From a virus, in IMG/VR virus record IMGVR_UViG_3300046616_000188: a stretch of 64,000 nucleotides of DNA; one strand, given 5' to 3'. Positions 36,428 through 45,510 of the stretch are shown in pieces. The translations under genes were made by a program, and so were the position numbers. Within the stretch, counting starts at the first letter, position 1; each line of letters opens with the position of its first letter. The notes below the pieces were generated by a model that did no database searches, was not told where the DNA came from, and worked only from the letters and a program-made list of their open reading frames with translations.

Positions 36428-36765
36428 GATTTCGGAATAAAACTATCAAAACTGAAATGCCTCTATTCCCGAAACGACACATCATCGGACCTTATGCCGT
36501 TGGGATAGAGCCGTACCACAATCCTTATTATAGGAGAATAATCATGCCCGGTAAACCCCCGTCAGAAGGGCTAAGCTCTTCAAAAGGTAAAGAATTCAGG
36601 ATCGTCCCGAAATGGCCGTGGTACGAGGTTCAGCGCAGAACAATGTTTTTCTTTTGGCGTAAGCTTCACAGTGCTGTCGATCTAGGTACGGCGGAACAGT
36701 TTATTCAGAATTTAAAAGATGAAAGAAAGCTGGCAGCACTAGATACAGAGATAAGGTATTATTAA
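36421..36765 (+). CDS. Hypothetical protein
   Basis: Overlapping start/stop. Confidence 0.6.
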   Translation: MVGFRNKTIKTEMPLFPKRHIIGPYAVGIEPYHNPYYRRIIMPGKPPSEGLSSSKGKEFRIVPKWPWYEVQRRTMFFFWRKLHSAVDLGTAEQFIQNLKDERKLAALDTEIRYY

Positions 36766-36767
36766 AA

Positions 36768-36974
36768 ATGGAAATTCAATTCAATTACGTGATCGGTAAG
36801 TTTTGGAACACAGATTCTGATCAAATTGGATGCTACACCTATGGCAACGAAGTTAAATATGGGACAATGGAAGACGCATTGGGCTTCCTAGACTATGTCA
36901 AGAGCCAAAACCCCGACACAGCGTATCATATTTTCCGTATCGACGTAGATAAGGATTTGGCACATGGCCGCTAA
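36768..36974 (+). CDS. Hypothetical protein
   Basis: Packed ORF. Confidence 0.6.
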   Translation: MEIQFNYVIGKFWNTDSDQIGCYTYGNEVKYGTMEDALGFLDYVKSQNPDTAYHIFRIDVDKDLAHGR

Positions 36975-37797
36975 GTGGCTCATCGATTCATATATGTTTG
37001 ATAACAATCCGTTGTATCACACAATTCCTGAAAATTTAAAAAGTTTGGGAATTGACCATCACGTGACAAAATATGTCCCGTTCGCTACGGAGCAAGATTA
37101 TGGTCCATATCTAGACGGTGACAACGTCATCCTCTATGGCACCATTGGCTATATCAAGAAGTGCAAGAAGATTTTCACGCCGGGAGCTTATGGATTTACC
37201 TCGAACCGGCAGTGCAACGTCTATATGACGAAGATTCCTCATCATTGGTTCCTCAACTCAGATTATATCATGCTGACGTGGGGTGACCTAAAAGCGAGAT
37301 GGCGCTCGATCTACGAACTGCTTGGAGCGTATGAAATTTTCATCAGGCCAATGTCTGGCGACAAGAGTTTCACAGGCCAAGCCATCTTCTACAGCGATTT
37401 CGAATATGAGGCCAATTCGACGCAGCAGCTGACATCTGTCACGGACGAGACCATCGTCATGATTGCTAGGTCGAAGAAGCATGACATTAAAGGCGAATTC
37501 CGATTCATCATAGGCGCTGGCGAAGTTATTGCTGGTTCTGAGTACAGATGGGATAACAAGCTCGACGTTCGCCGGGACTGGCCCCTTGAGTGTGAAGAAG
37601 TTGCTACAGCTGTTGCGAAACTTCCGTGGCAGCTAGACACTGTCTACAGCTGTGACGTTGCGTTGATGGCTGATGGTACGCCCAAGATAGTCGAATTGAA
37701 TTCCTTTGCCTCATGTGGCTGGTACGCCTGTGATCAGAAGAAAATTTTGACTAGGGTTACAGAAATTGCAGAGGCTGAGCATAATGAGAATTTATAA
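36964..37797 (+). CDS. ATP-grasp protein (R2K/DUF4343-like clade)
   Basis: IFIRP..GDKSFTG, GEFRFII, YSCDVA, IVELNSF..CGWY. Confidence 0.8.
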   Translation: MAAKWLIDSYMFDNNPLYHTIPENLKSLGIDHHVTKYVPFATEQDYGPYLDGDNVILYGTIGYIKKCKKIFTPGAYGFTSNRQCNVYMTKIPHHWFLNSDYIMLTWGDLKARWRSIYELLGAYEIFIRPMSGDKSFTGQAIFYSDFEYEANSTQQLTSVTDETIVMIARSKKHDIKGEFRFIIGAGEVIAGSEYRWDNKLDVRRDWPLECEEVATAVAKLPWQLDTVYSCDVALMADGTPKIVELNSFASCGWYACDQKKILTRVTEIAEAEHNENL

Positions 37798-38032
37798 AGA
37801 GAATTACAGCGGCAGGTATGTGTCAGAACTGAGTGTAGCAGCTGCGGCACGCTCCATGGTTGAGGATTGCTACGATCCTTATAAGAAGCCTGAGAGCGTA
37901 ACGCATGACCAGATAGAACAGCTGACTGAACTGGTTGCATTCCTTTATCAAAAGCTGGATGAGAAACACGTGTTGAACCGGTACGATATAAAAGAAATAT
38001 TCACAATGGGTTTTAGGATTGAAGATGAATAG
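37787..38032 (+). CDS. Hypothetical protein
   Basis: Packed ORF. Confidence 0.6.
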   Translation, partial: RIYKENYSGRYVSELSVAAAARSMVEDCYDPYKKPESVTHDQIEQLTELVAFLYQKLDEKHVLNRYDIKEIFTMGFRIEDE

Positions 38033-38103
38033 CAGACCTAGACCGGCACCTCCCGGCATGAGAGGTCTCGACAATATTTTTATGATTTTATGGAGAAAAG
38101 TGC

Positions 38104-38364
38104 ATGGCCTATTCCGTTGATTTTCCCGGTTCGAATCTCAGACTCGGTCCTCCTGAAGGGATGACAGAGGAAGAGGTTTATAGCATGCATGTCCATTACG
38201 CCAATGGGCATTTCATCTCGTGCTGGCTCCTATCAGATGAAGAGATAGAAAAAATCGTTGAAACTAGGTGCGTCTGGCAAGCTCTTATGGGAAACGGGGC
38301 TCAACCTAGTTTCATCAGTGGCGATCTAGAATCAGTAATTGGGTTGGTTTATGGCGAAAAATAG
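38104..38364 (+). CDS. Conserved phage hypothetical protein
   Basis: F.GSN..L.PPEG...ISCW.LS.EE...I..T..VW pattern. Confidence 0.65.
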   Translation: MAYSVDFPGSNLRLGPPEGMTEEEVYSMHVHYANGHFISCWLLSDEEIEKIVETRCVWQALMGNGAQPSFISGDLESVIGLVYGEK

Positions 38365-38544
38365 GCACTAATAATGTAGCGTAGGCTATGTAGATAAAAT
38401 AAATCTGTTTGTTTTCAACGACTTATAAGAAAATAATCAAAATAGGTTACTATCACGGAACCTTTCTCTTATGTTATGCATTATCTCGTCAGACAAACGC
38501 ATGGGGCGGTGGTCAATCGAGTAACGGAAAACAGGAGAACGATA

Positions 38545-38976
38545 ATGGCTAACACTAACGAACTTGGCACTATCAAGGTAAACGAAATCAACTGGAGCGG
38601 TCGTGCCGCTGCCGCATTGAAGAACGGCGGTCTTCTGGATAAGACCCTTGCCGATCTTGAAAACATGAAGGATGACGAACTTCTGTCCGTTAATCGGATG
38701 GGACGTGGTTCGCTGGGTGAGATTCGACAGAAGATTGTTCAAAGCGCGGCACGCCTTCGTGAAGAAAAGATGAGGCAGGATATGGAGCGCCGAGCCGCTT
38801 CTGTCAAGGCACCGACGAACGAAGTAACGAATACTTCTTTCGAGGATCGCGGCGCGATCAGGATGCGCGAAAATCAAAGGTCGGTAGAGGATAAGGTCAT
38901 GGAATTCGCTAAAACGCATCCTTCCATCATCTCCTCCATTATGAATGAGGAAGTTATTCTGGTTCCCAAACTGTAA
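38545..38976 (+). CDS. RNA polymerase alpha-subunit CTD-like domain plus coiled-coil
   Basis: VNEINWSGRAAAALKNGG...TLADL...DDELLSVNRMGRGSLGEI; CAGGAG RBS. Confidence 0.75.
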   Translation: MANTNELGTIKVNEINWSGRAAAALKNGGLLDKTLADLENMKDDELLSVNRMGRGSLGEIRQKIVQSAARLREEKMRQDMERRAASVKAPTNEVTNTSFEDRGAIRMRENQRSVEDKVMEFAKTHPSIISSIMNEEVILVPKL

Positions 38977-38983
38977 TTTCTCA

Positions 38984-39041
38984 TTGACATTCACGTAATG
39001 TTCTGATACAAACCTCCCCATATTGCTATGGGGAGGTTTTT
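38984..39041 (+). terminator. Intrinsic terminator overlapped by promoter and RBS
   Basis: 13-bp stem 39010-39039 plus T tract; TTGACA-N17-TACAAA 38984-39012; GGAGG in 3' arm. Confidence 0.7.
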
Positions 39042-39043
39042 CT

Positions 39044-39352
39044 TTGGCCAAAAAATTCTTTTTCAAAAATCTTCCGGCTTACCAAGAAGGGCATTTCGCC
39101 CTCATCAAAAGTCCAGATGACGGATTGTGGTATAATTATCACATACAGTCACAGTTGAAGGCGATGTGGATCATTGCCCCTTTCAAACAAAAAAGAGATG
39201 CGTTAGCCTTTGCTAAATCTCTGAACGATGCAGAGATCGATTGGGATGTCAATAGTGACATTCAACTACTTGAGAAAAACGATGCGAATCATGTACACAC
39301 AATTATGTCGCGAATTTCTCGCGCCGTGAGACTTGGCTTGGATGCGGATTAA
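39044..39352 (+). CDS. Hypothetical protein
   Basis: TTG start 7 nt after GGAGG. Confidence 0.6.
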   Translation: MAKKFFFKNLPAYQEGHFALIKSPDDGLWYNYHIQSQLKAMWIIAPFKQKRDALAFAKSLNDAEIDWDVNSDIQLLEKNDANHVHTIMSRISRAVRLGLDAD

Positions 39353-39384
39353 CAACTAGTACAACAACGGGGGTTTTTACCTAA

Positions 39385-39621
39385 ATGGCGCGATTTACTA
39401 TTTTTGTTACCTACAAAAAGACTGACGACGTTAATGGCGATATTGTTATAGACTATGACGAGGATGGGCAACTAAGCGAAGAACTAGAGCGCAGACACAT
39501 TAGTCTTTTCAATATTGTTGGAGAGATGAGACTGAGATACAACGGGCACATGGGCCAGCCAATTTCAATGGCTCAGTGCTTCGCAGAAGGCGATTTCGGG
39601 CCAACGGGTGTGATGCATTAA
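39385..39621 (+). CDS. Hypothetical protein
   Basis: Co-oriented ORF. Confidence 0.6.
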   Translation: MARFTIFVTYKKTDDVNGDIVIDYDEDGQLSEELERRHISLFNIVGEMRLRYNGHMGQPISMAQCFAEGDFGPTGVMH

Positions 39622-39633
39622 GAATTCAGTTTG

Positions 39634-39673
39634 CCCTCTCCTCGCCACTGTACTTAGAGGAGAGGGTCTTTTC
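39634..39673 (+). terminator. Intrinsic terminator
   Basis: CCCTCTCCTC/GAGGAGAGGG stem then TCTTTT. Confidence 0.6.
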
Positions 39674-39693
39674 ATTTTAAAGGATAACATTTT

Positions 39694-40095
39694 ATGAATA
39701 TGATTAATAATAGTGAATGGCTTTGGCACGGCGCGCTTCATGCAAAAGCAGTGGTTGATGATGAAGGCACGATTCATCTCACCATGACAGGCGGCTACGA
39801 TCCGACTGATCCAGCTACCAGAATTGGCGATACTTGGACTTGGCTAGGCGATCAAGAATCATTCCTGCTAGATTGGGTTTTTGTCAAAGAACTTGAGCCA
39901 GATGTCGTTGAAGTGCCGCTTACAACGACGTGGCTCCTTGTCGTTAAATTCCCTGATGGCTCTATCGACTATCACGCCGATTTTTTTACGACTAGGGAAG
40001 AAGCGCTACAAGCGTTTCAGGCAGAACCTGACTGCGTCATCACTGGCGAGCCATGTGAACTGATTGACGTGATGGAAGTGTCTTATTATGGCTAA
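39694..40095 (+). CDS. Acidic hypothetical protein
   Basis: AAGGA RBS. Confidence 0.65.
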   Translation: MNMINNSEWLWHGALHAKAVVDDEGTIHLTMTGGYDPTDPATRIGDTWTWLGDQESFLLDWVFVKELEPDVVEVPLTTTWLLVVKFPDGSIDYHADFFTTREEALQAFQAEPDCVITGEPCELIDVMEVSYYG

Positions 40096-40732
40096 GACTT
40101 TGACCCGCGTAATTGGTGACGTGCATGGAAAATTCGACCAGTACAAAAAGATCATAAAGGGAGCGGAACGCTCTATTCAGGTCGGTGATCTAGGCGTTGG
40201 CTTCAAGAAATTGAATTATGAAGGAGAATTGGTATGGAGTACCAATCCTCCTCATAAGGAAATGGTGAAGCACTCGGCCAAATTTCTACGTGGAAATCAC
40301 GACAACCCTGACGTGTGCCGTAAACATTCTCAGTGGATCGCAGATGGCACGGTTGAAAACGACGTGATGTTTGTTGGCGGCGCGACTTCTATCGATAGAG
40401 CTTATAGGATCGAAGGCCAGTCGTGGTGGGCCGATGAAGAGTGCAGCCTGTCTCAGCTAAGACATTTCGTTGATCTTTATGCTGATATCAAACCGCGTGT
40501 CATGATCACTCATGAAGTGCCTGAATCTATCGCTGATGGAATATTGGCCGCAGTGAATCGAACGAAACTTGACGACCCGAGCCGCACCCGGCAAGCGCTT
40601 CAAGCCATGCTTGAGATTCATCGCCCCGAGATATGGATTGCGGGACATTGGCACGTCAACATCGATCAACAGTATCAAGGCATGCGCCTCATTGTTTTAA
40701 ACGAATTAGAATATGTAGATTTGGAGCTTTGA
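40088..40732 (+). CDS. Calcineurin-like metallophosphoesterase
   Basis: GDVHG, GDLG, RGNHD, THE, GHWH. Confidence 0.9.
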   Translation: MAKTLTRVIGDVHGKFDQYKKIIKGAERSIQVGDLGVGFKKLNYEGELVWSTNPPHKEMVKHSAKFLRGNHDNPDVCRKHSQWIADGTVENDVMFVGGATSIDRAYRIEGQSWWADEECSLSQLRHFVDLYADIKPRVMITHEVPESIADGILAAVNRTKLDDPSRTRQALQAMLEIHRPEIWIAGHWHVNIDQQYQGMRLIVLNELEYVDLEL

Positions 40733-40935
40733 TGACAGGCGTTACAGAAGTTAAGATTTCATTTTTTAAACCTACCGGATATGAAGACACATACCATGTA
40801 GCCACGACCGATAGAGGCGCAGCGGCTAAGAAGGTCATGGAAAGGTGTGAATTCGAACTTCCTCGTTTGAATTACATATTAACCAGAATCGTGGATGAGA
40901 GATACGTACCCGAAAATTCTATATTGGAACTATAA
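40732..40935 (+). CDS. Hypothetical protein
   Basis: TGATG coupling. Confidence 0.6.
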   Translation: MTGVTEVKISFFKPTGYEDTYHVATTDRGAAAKKVMERCEFELPRLNYILTRIVDERYVPENSILEL

Positions 40936-41162
40936 TGACTAAAATAGTAGATTTTAATCTTTTTAAAGCTAAGGCGGAAACGAACCCCAAACTTTATAAC
41001 AGGGAAACGAACGAGTTCTGTTACGCCGTCGAATACTACCACGACGGCAAAAGATATTGTATGGACCTATGGGCCAAGACATGGACCGATGCGGAACTTA
41101 AATTAAAATCAGTCCAAGACACAGCGGTTGTGGTAGGAAAATTGGTTGAAAAAGAGGATTGA
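40935..41162 (+). CDS. Hypothetical protein
   Basis: TAATG coupling. Confidence 0.6.
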   Translation: MTKIVDFNLFKAKAETNPKLYNRETNEFCYAVEYYHDGKRYCMDLWAKTWTDAELKLKSVQDTAVVVGKLVEKED

Positions 41163-41187
41163 CAACCTGCCATAATCACTTTATTAA
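41159..41187 (+). promoter_or_regulatory. Promoter of pnuC-nadR block
   Basis: TTGACA-N17-TATTAA; AATCACTT in spacer. Confidence 0.6.
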
Positions 41188-41226
41188 TCGTCATAGTGAT
41201 TTTGTTGATCATAAGGAGATAATTAA

Positions 41227-41871
41227 GTGAATAAGTATAACGCAAGTTTTGTTTTCGGCACAGCCCTCACCGCTGTAACTTATGCCATCGGCGCTGTAGC
41301 GGGTTGGGTCGATCCTCACAACATCAATTGGATCGAATTCTTCGCGGTCTGGACCAGCTATGTCTGCACTCTGATGTGCGTGTATCAGACCCGTTGGAAT
41401 TATCCAATCGGCGCTGTTTCGACCATCCTTTCCGCCATTTTGTTCTACAAAATAGACTTACCAGCTATCGGACTTTTCAATATCCTCCTTTCGATTAATT
41501 TGATCTATGGCTGGTTCCGCTGGCGCGACGATGAAGACACCCGCCCCGTCACTAATCCATCACTGATTTGGTGGGTCGGATATGTAGGCATAGCCGCCGC
41601 AACATATGCCCTAATTACTGTGGTTAACAACTATTACGGCTATAGCCAGACTTGGATCGATATCACAACTGCGGTAGTCTATGCCGTGGCCCAAGCCATG
41701 CTAGACAATAAGCACCGCACCAATTGGGCCGTGTTTTTCGTGCTGAATGTTCTCTCGATCTATCTGTTCTTCAAGCAGGAACTGTATTTCGTGGCACTTC
41801 AATATCTGTATTTCCTCGGAAATACTGCCTATGGACATGTATCGTGGCGCATAGAACCTCGCACCGCTTAA
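41227..41871 (+). CDS. pnuC: Nicotinamide riboside transporter PnuC
   Basis: Multi-TM; NYPIG, YGW..W, W.D..T...YAVAQ.ML..K...NW, LF..Q.LY. Confidence 0.85.
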   Translation: MNKYNASFVFGTALTAVTYAIGAVAGWVDPHNINWIEFFAVWTSYVCTLMCVYQTRWNYPIGAVSTILSAILFYKIDLPAIGLFNILLSINLIYGWFRWRDDEDTRPVTNPSLIWWVGYVGIAAATYALITVVNNYYGYSQTWIDITTAVVYAVAQAMLDNKHRTNWAVFFVLNVLSIYLFFKQELYFVALQYLYFLGNTAYGHVSWRIEPRTA

Positions 41872-41883
41872 GGAGGAAGTGAT

Positions 41884-42093
41884 ATGAAATTTCTCATAGT
41901 TTACGTCTTGATCGCAGTCGGAACAGGCTCTGGATATGATAAAATTTACAGAGAACATTGCCCGAATGACAAGTTCACTTTCGGCCCTATCTTGGCCGGA
42001 ATGGTGTGGCCCATTTTCGCTGGCCTAGCTATTTCCAAAATCACTTCAGGTGAAACATCTGTGAGCGATGTTGAGTGCGGTAATAAATTTTAA
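41884..42093 (+). CDS. Small membrane protein
   Basis: Hydrophobic; G.VWPI motif. Confidence 0.6.
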   Translation: MKFLIVYVLIAVGTGSGYDKIYREHCPNDKFTFGPILAGMVWPIFAGLAISKITSGETSVSDVECGNKF

Positions 42094-42106
42094 ATAGGAG
42101 GAAATC

Positions 42107-42319
42107 ATGAGACTGAACAAGCGTTGGACCACGGCTCATCTCATGAATGAAGCCTTTAAGCACAAAGATAAATTTTATGAAATTAACGTTGGCGAAGAAA
42201 CCCTTAGCTGCGAACTTCATCCAAACACTTTGGATGTGACGTGGCGGCATAATTATAGATATGCCGATGAGGGTGAAATCGCTAACGTGCTGGCTCGTTG
42301 GGCCGTAGAGGGAGTTTGA
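42107..42319 (+). CDS. Hypothetical protein
   Basis: AGGAGG RBS. Confidence 0.6.
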   Translation: MRLNKRWTTAHLMNEAFKHKDKFYEINVGEETLSCELHPNTLDVTWRHNYRYADEGEIANVLARWAVEGV

Positions 42320-42320
42320 C

Positions 42321-42524
42321 TTGAACAGGGAAGAACTTAGAGCAAAGCTTGAAGAGGTTTTGTACGACAATGTCTCATCGTCCTATGACTGCGACCGGGT
42401 TTGGTCCGCATGGAGCTATGGCACGATGAGAAGCAGCGATTTCTACCCTCTTGAAGATAGGGTGCCAGAGATTGTTGAGGCAATGCTTATCGCCGTGTTA
42501 GGAGAAAGTAATGCCAAGCTATAA
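42321..42524 (+). CDS. Hypothetical protein
   Basis: CDRVWSAWSYGTM motif; packed. Confidence 0.6.
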   Translation: MNREELRAKLEEVLYDNVSSSYDCDRVWSAWSYGTMRSSDFYPLEDRVPEIVEAMLIAVLGESNAKL

Positions 42525-42777
42525 GCCTGTGGTACGGGGTAAAGCCTCGGTCTGTAATTGGGATTTGAGGGTCAGGTTCCGCACCAAGGAACAAGTCAAG
42601 AAAGCGATCCACTACCTCCTTGAAATGGATATAGATATTGACTTTTCCCTCACATTTGAGCTAGGTGACAGCGACACGGCTAATACTTACATAATTGATA
42701 TAGACAGCATGTCGTGGGCCAATAATCTAATTGATGTTGCCAAAATCTTTAAAAAAGTTGATTACCAATACGATTGA
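42511..42777 (+). CDS. Hypothetical protein
   Basis: AGGAG RBS. Confidence 0.6.
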   Translation: MPSYKPVVRGKASVCNWDLRVRFRTKEQVKKAIHYLLEMDIDIDFSLTFELGDSDTANTYIIDIDSMSWANNLIDVAKIFKKVDYQYD

Positions 42778-43805
42778 GAGAGGTTTACGTGGCAAAAACG
42801 ACTGGACTTATTGTAATTTCTGGACTTCTACCGACACGTGGCCATCAGTATCTCATTGATTTCGCATCTAATTTTGCTGATCAACTTCACGTCATTGTCT
42901 GCATCAGGTCATTTGAACCTGCCCTAACCCTTGACAGGGCAGAAGTCTTGGCACGGCATTACGCCAGAACCAATGTCACGGTGCATGAGCATTACGCCGA
43001 TGACGCGCCACAGAACGATGACGGCACGCCAGAATTTTGGGCCTATTGGTCGAATCTTGTAGACCGTGCCATCACTAAGCGGACCAAGATCGACTATCTG
43101 TTTGCCTCTGAGCATTACGGCGCTAGGTTTGCCGAAGCGCTTGGCGTCACGTTTATTCCAGTCGATATCGGCAGGGAAATTCTTAGTGTCACAGGGACAA
43201 GTGTGAGACGAAATCTGGCTGAGAATTTTAAATATATTCTGCCAGAATATCAGACTAAACTGTCCAAAACTATCTGCATGTTCGGCCAAGAGAGTGTGGG
43301 TAAAACCACTATGGCGAAATGGCTCGCCGCTAAGCTGGAAGGCCGTTGGATTCATGAATGGGCTAGGCCGTATCTCGAAGAAATCGGCGCTGAAGTCACT
43401 GACGAAAAAATGTTAAACATTGTTCGTGGCCAATTCGCAGCCATGGTTTCTGCTCCTAAATCCCTGTTTAATATAAGAGATACCGATCTCTTGTCCACAA
43501 TCGGTTACTACAAAATTTATGGCGGTAAGGTTCCTAAAGAACTTTATGAAAATTTTAACTTGACAAAGAGCGATCTTTATGTCATGTTAAATGACAATAT
43601 CCCATTCGAAGCTGATCCTTTGAGATATGGCGGCGATAAGAGGGAAAGTACGATGCAGTTCTGGATCGATCTACTCGATGAGTATGACTGCAAATATCAT
43701 GTCGTAGAAAATACAGACATTTTGAAACAGCGAAAAGAAGTTGTCGAAGCTGTTTATGATTTTTTCACCGATCTTCGTGAAATAGAAGAATTCGTTCGAG
43801 ATTAA
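42774..43805 (+). CDS. nadR: NadR-like NMN adenylyltransferase / ribosylnicotinamide kinase
   Basis: PTRGH (HxGH-like), FASEHYG, GQESVGKTT, EWARPY, DTDLLST, PFEADPLR. Confidence 0.85.
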   Translation: MREVYVAKTTGLIVISGLLPTRGHQYLIDFASNFADQLHVIVCIRSFEPALTLDRAEVLARHYARTNVTVHEHYADDAPQNDDGTPEFWAYWSNLVDRAITKRTKIDYLFASEHYGARFAEALGVTFIPVDIGREILSVTGTSVRRNLAENFKYILPEYQTKLSKTICMFGQESVGKTTMAKWLAAKLEGRWIHEWARPYLEEIGAEVTDEKMLNIVRGQFAAMVSAPKSLFNIRDTDLLSTIGYYKIYGGKVPKELYENFNLTKSDLYVMLNDNIPFEADPLRYGGDKRESTMQFWIDLLDEYDCKYHVVENTDILKQRKEVVEAVYDFFTDLREIEEFVRD

Positions 43806-43814
43806 GGGACTAGA

Positions 43815-44003
43815 ATGTCTAACTATGCACTTTTCTTCATGTGGCTGAAAATGTTCTTCACCGATTTGGTGTGGCTATTCGGCCTGTCTTACGGGCTGTA
43901 TTTTTTGGCCAGCATCTTCCATCCCGGAATTTTAATTTTTGTCGCGTCGGTTTTTATAGCGTCGGCGGCATACAGTTCCGTAACACGGTTCTATCAACAC
44001 TAA
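43815..44003 (+). CDS. Small membrane protein
   Basis: Two TM segments. Confidence 0.6.
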   Translation: MSNYALFFMWLKMFFTDLVWLFGLSYGLYFLASIFHPGILIFVASVFIASAAYSSVTRFYQH

Positions 44004-44012
44004 GGAACTAAA

Positions 44013-44429
44013 ATGACTATCAACTACAAATGGCTGACGTTTAATTGCGTTTCACTATTCGTCTTGGCCTTTCTGGTCAATTACTATGACGCAGCTACGT
44101 TCATTTGGACCAAGGATAAAACGCATATCACCCTAGTAATTCTGTCTCTCTATGCAGCTTGTTCAGCCTATCTAGGCTACAAGGGCGGCGAGCCGGAAGC
44201 CATGAAAAAGGTTAGGTTCCACCTGAATCGTTTCACTATGCTAGGACTTATGGGCACGATGGCTGGCCTAATCCTGATGTTCTTCGGCGCATCCGACTTG
44301 GACGCTTTCAGGCAGAATATTCTTTCTGAGGTTGGCCCGGTATTCCTCACTGGCTTGTTCGGCATTTCCGCGAGCTACATCCTCGATTATCAAATCGCGC
44401 TATGCTTTGGTAATTACGACGAAGCGTAA
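44013..44429 (+). CDS. MotA/TolQ/ExbB proton-channel family protein (minimal)
   Basis: 4 TM; LGLMGTMAGL and GPVFLTGLFG motifs. Confidence 0.75.
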   Translation: MTINYKWLTFNCVSLFVLAFLVNYYDAATFIWTKDKTHITLVILSLYAACSAYLGYKGGEPEAMKKVRFHLNRFTMLGLMGTMAGLILMFFGASDLDAFRQNILSEVGPVFLTGLFGISASYILDYQIALCFGNYDEA

Positions 44430-44449
44430 CTTTTGAAAGGAAGAGCCTA

Positions 44450-45037
44450 ATGAAAGGCCCTGTCAAAATCGCATACATTGACGTTCTATCATGCCTAGTA
44501 GTAGTGCTCTTAGTAGTGGTTATCTTCTCCACACCAAAAAAAGAAGAATCTAAAGGAAATATCATCGATCCGAGTCAGTACCTAATCGAAATGACTTGGA
44601 CCGACGATTCGCCTAATGATATTGATTTGTGGGTCGCCAATCCCAATAATCAAATTGCCTATTTCGGAACTAGAGAAATTGGCGGCATGACACTGGACAC
44701 AGACAATTTAGGCATCGGAAACACTTATATCACCGATAGCGCCGGTAACACCGTCGTTAATAAGACTAGAAGAGAAGTTGCAAGTATTAGAACGCCTATC
44801 GCTGGAACTTACACAGTTAATGTTTTGCTTTACGGAAATCGTAACAACAAGCCAGAAACTATTAGAGTAAGAGTTTTCAAACTTAATCCTTATAAAGATG
44901 TAATTGAAAAGGAAGTAATTTTGGAAACTCAGATGCAGGAAACCACGATAGTCCAATTCGATATTGACAAAGATGGTAAATTCCTGAGCAAGTCTGAAAG
45001 TGAACAAGTTTCTCTAATGGCAAAGTTAAAACCATGA
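44450..45037 (+). CDS. MotB/ExbD-like TM anchor fused to YfaP/DUF2135-like domain
   Basis: AYIDVL (intramembrane Asp); DIDLWV.NP...LD.D...GTYTVNV..Y. Confidence 0.7.
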   Translation: MKGPVKIAYIDVLSCLVVVLLVVVIFSTPKKEESKGNIIDPSQYLIEMTWTDDSPNDIDLWVANPNNQIAYFGTREIGGMTLDTDNLGIGNTYITDSAGNTVVNKTRREVASIRTPIAGTYTVNVLLYGNRNNKPETIRVRVFKLNPYKDVIEKEVILETQMQETTIVQFDIDKDGKFLSKSESEQVSLMAKLKP

Positions 45038-45510
45038 TCATTACCTTTATTATCGCTTTAGGTCTAGTTCTTCTCACGATCTTTGTAGGTTTCCGGTATA
45101 GTTGGAAAGCCTCACTAGCCGTTCTAATTCCTCTGCTTTATGTAGGGTATTGGACCTTATCTATTCAAGTTCCTAAATATTTTGGCTATGCCCTGCCCCT
45201 CAATTTTGCCGAATTAAACAATCAAGCAAGATTTATTAGCGGCTTTGAAGGAAAAGATGCAATTTACATCCTCCTGCTAGAGAAGGGTGACACTCAGCCT
45301 AGACTGATCAGCATCCCTAACACGGCGAAGAATAAACAAACTTTTTATGACCTTCAAAAACAGTCCAAGGCCGGTAAAAGTGCAGTGCTCCGCAAATCTA
45401 AAAAGACAGGCGCGACGGACAGAGAAGGTCAAGGTCCTGACTCAGAAAGCGATATTGAAGGCGTCGAGCTTAAAGACCAAGACATCATTCAGAAAGGCGC
45501 TGATCAGTGA
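45034..45510 (+). CDS. Membrane-anchored third component of the MotA/ExbB-type triad
   Basis: Two N-terminal TMs; IYILL...PRLISIP; ATGA overlap. Confidence 0.65.
   Translation: MIITFIIALGLVLLTIFVGFRYSWKASLAVLIPLLYVGYWTLSIQVPKYFGYALPLNFAELNNQARFISGFEGKDAIYILLLEKGDTQPRLISIPNTAKNKQTFYDLQKQSKAGKSAVLRKSKKTGATDREGQGPDSESDIEGVELKDQDIIQKGADQ

Noticed and set aside
38125-38145. GGTTCGAATC T-loop-like sequence
   Set aside because: Flanks do not form a T-stem, there is no D-arm or acceptor, and it lies inside ORF 38104.
44013-45037. Zorya (ZorA/ZorB) defence system
   Set aside because: The A subunit lacks the long ZorA cytoplasmic tail, the B subunit lacks an OmpA-like domain, and there is no ZorC/D/E.
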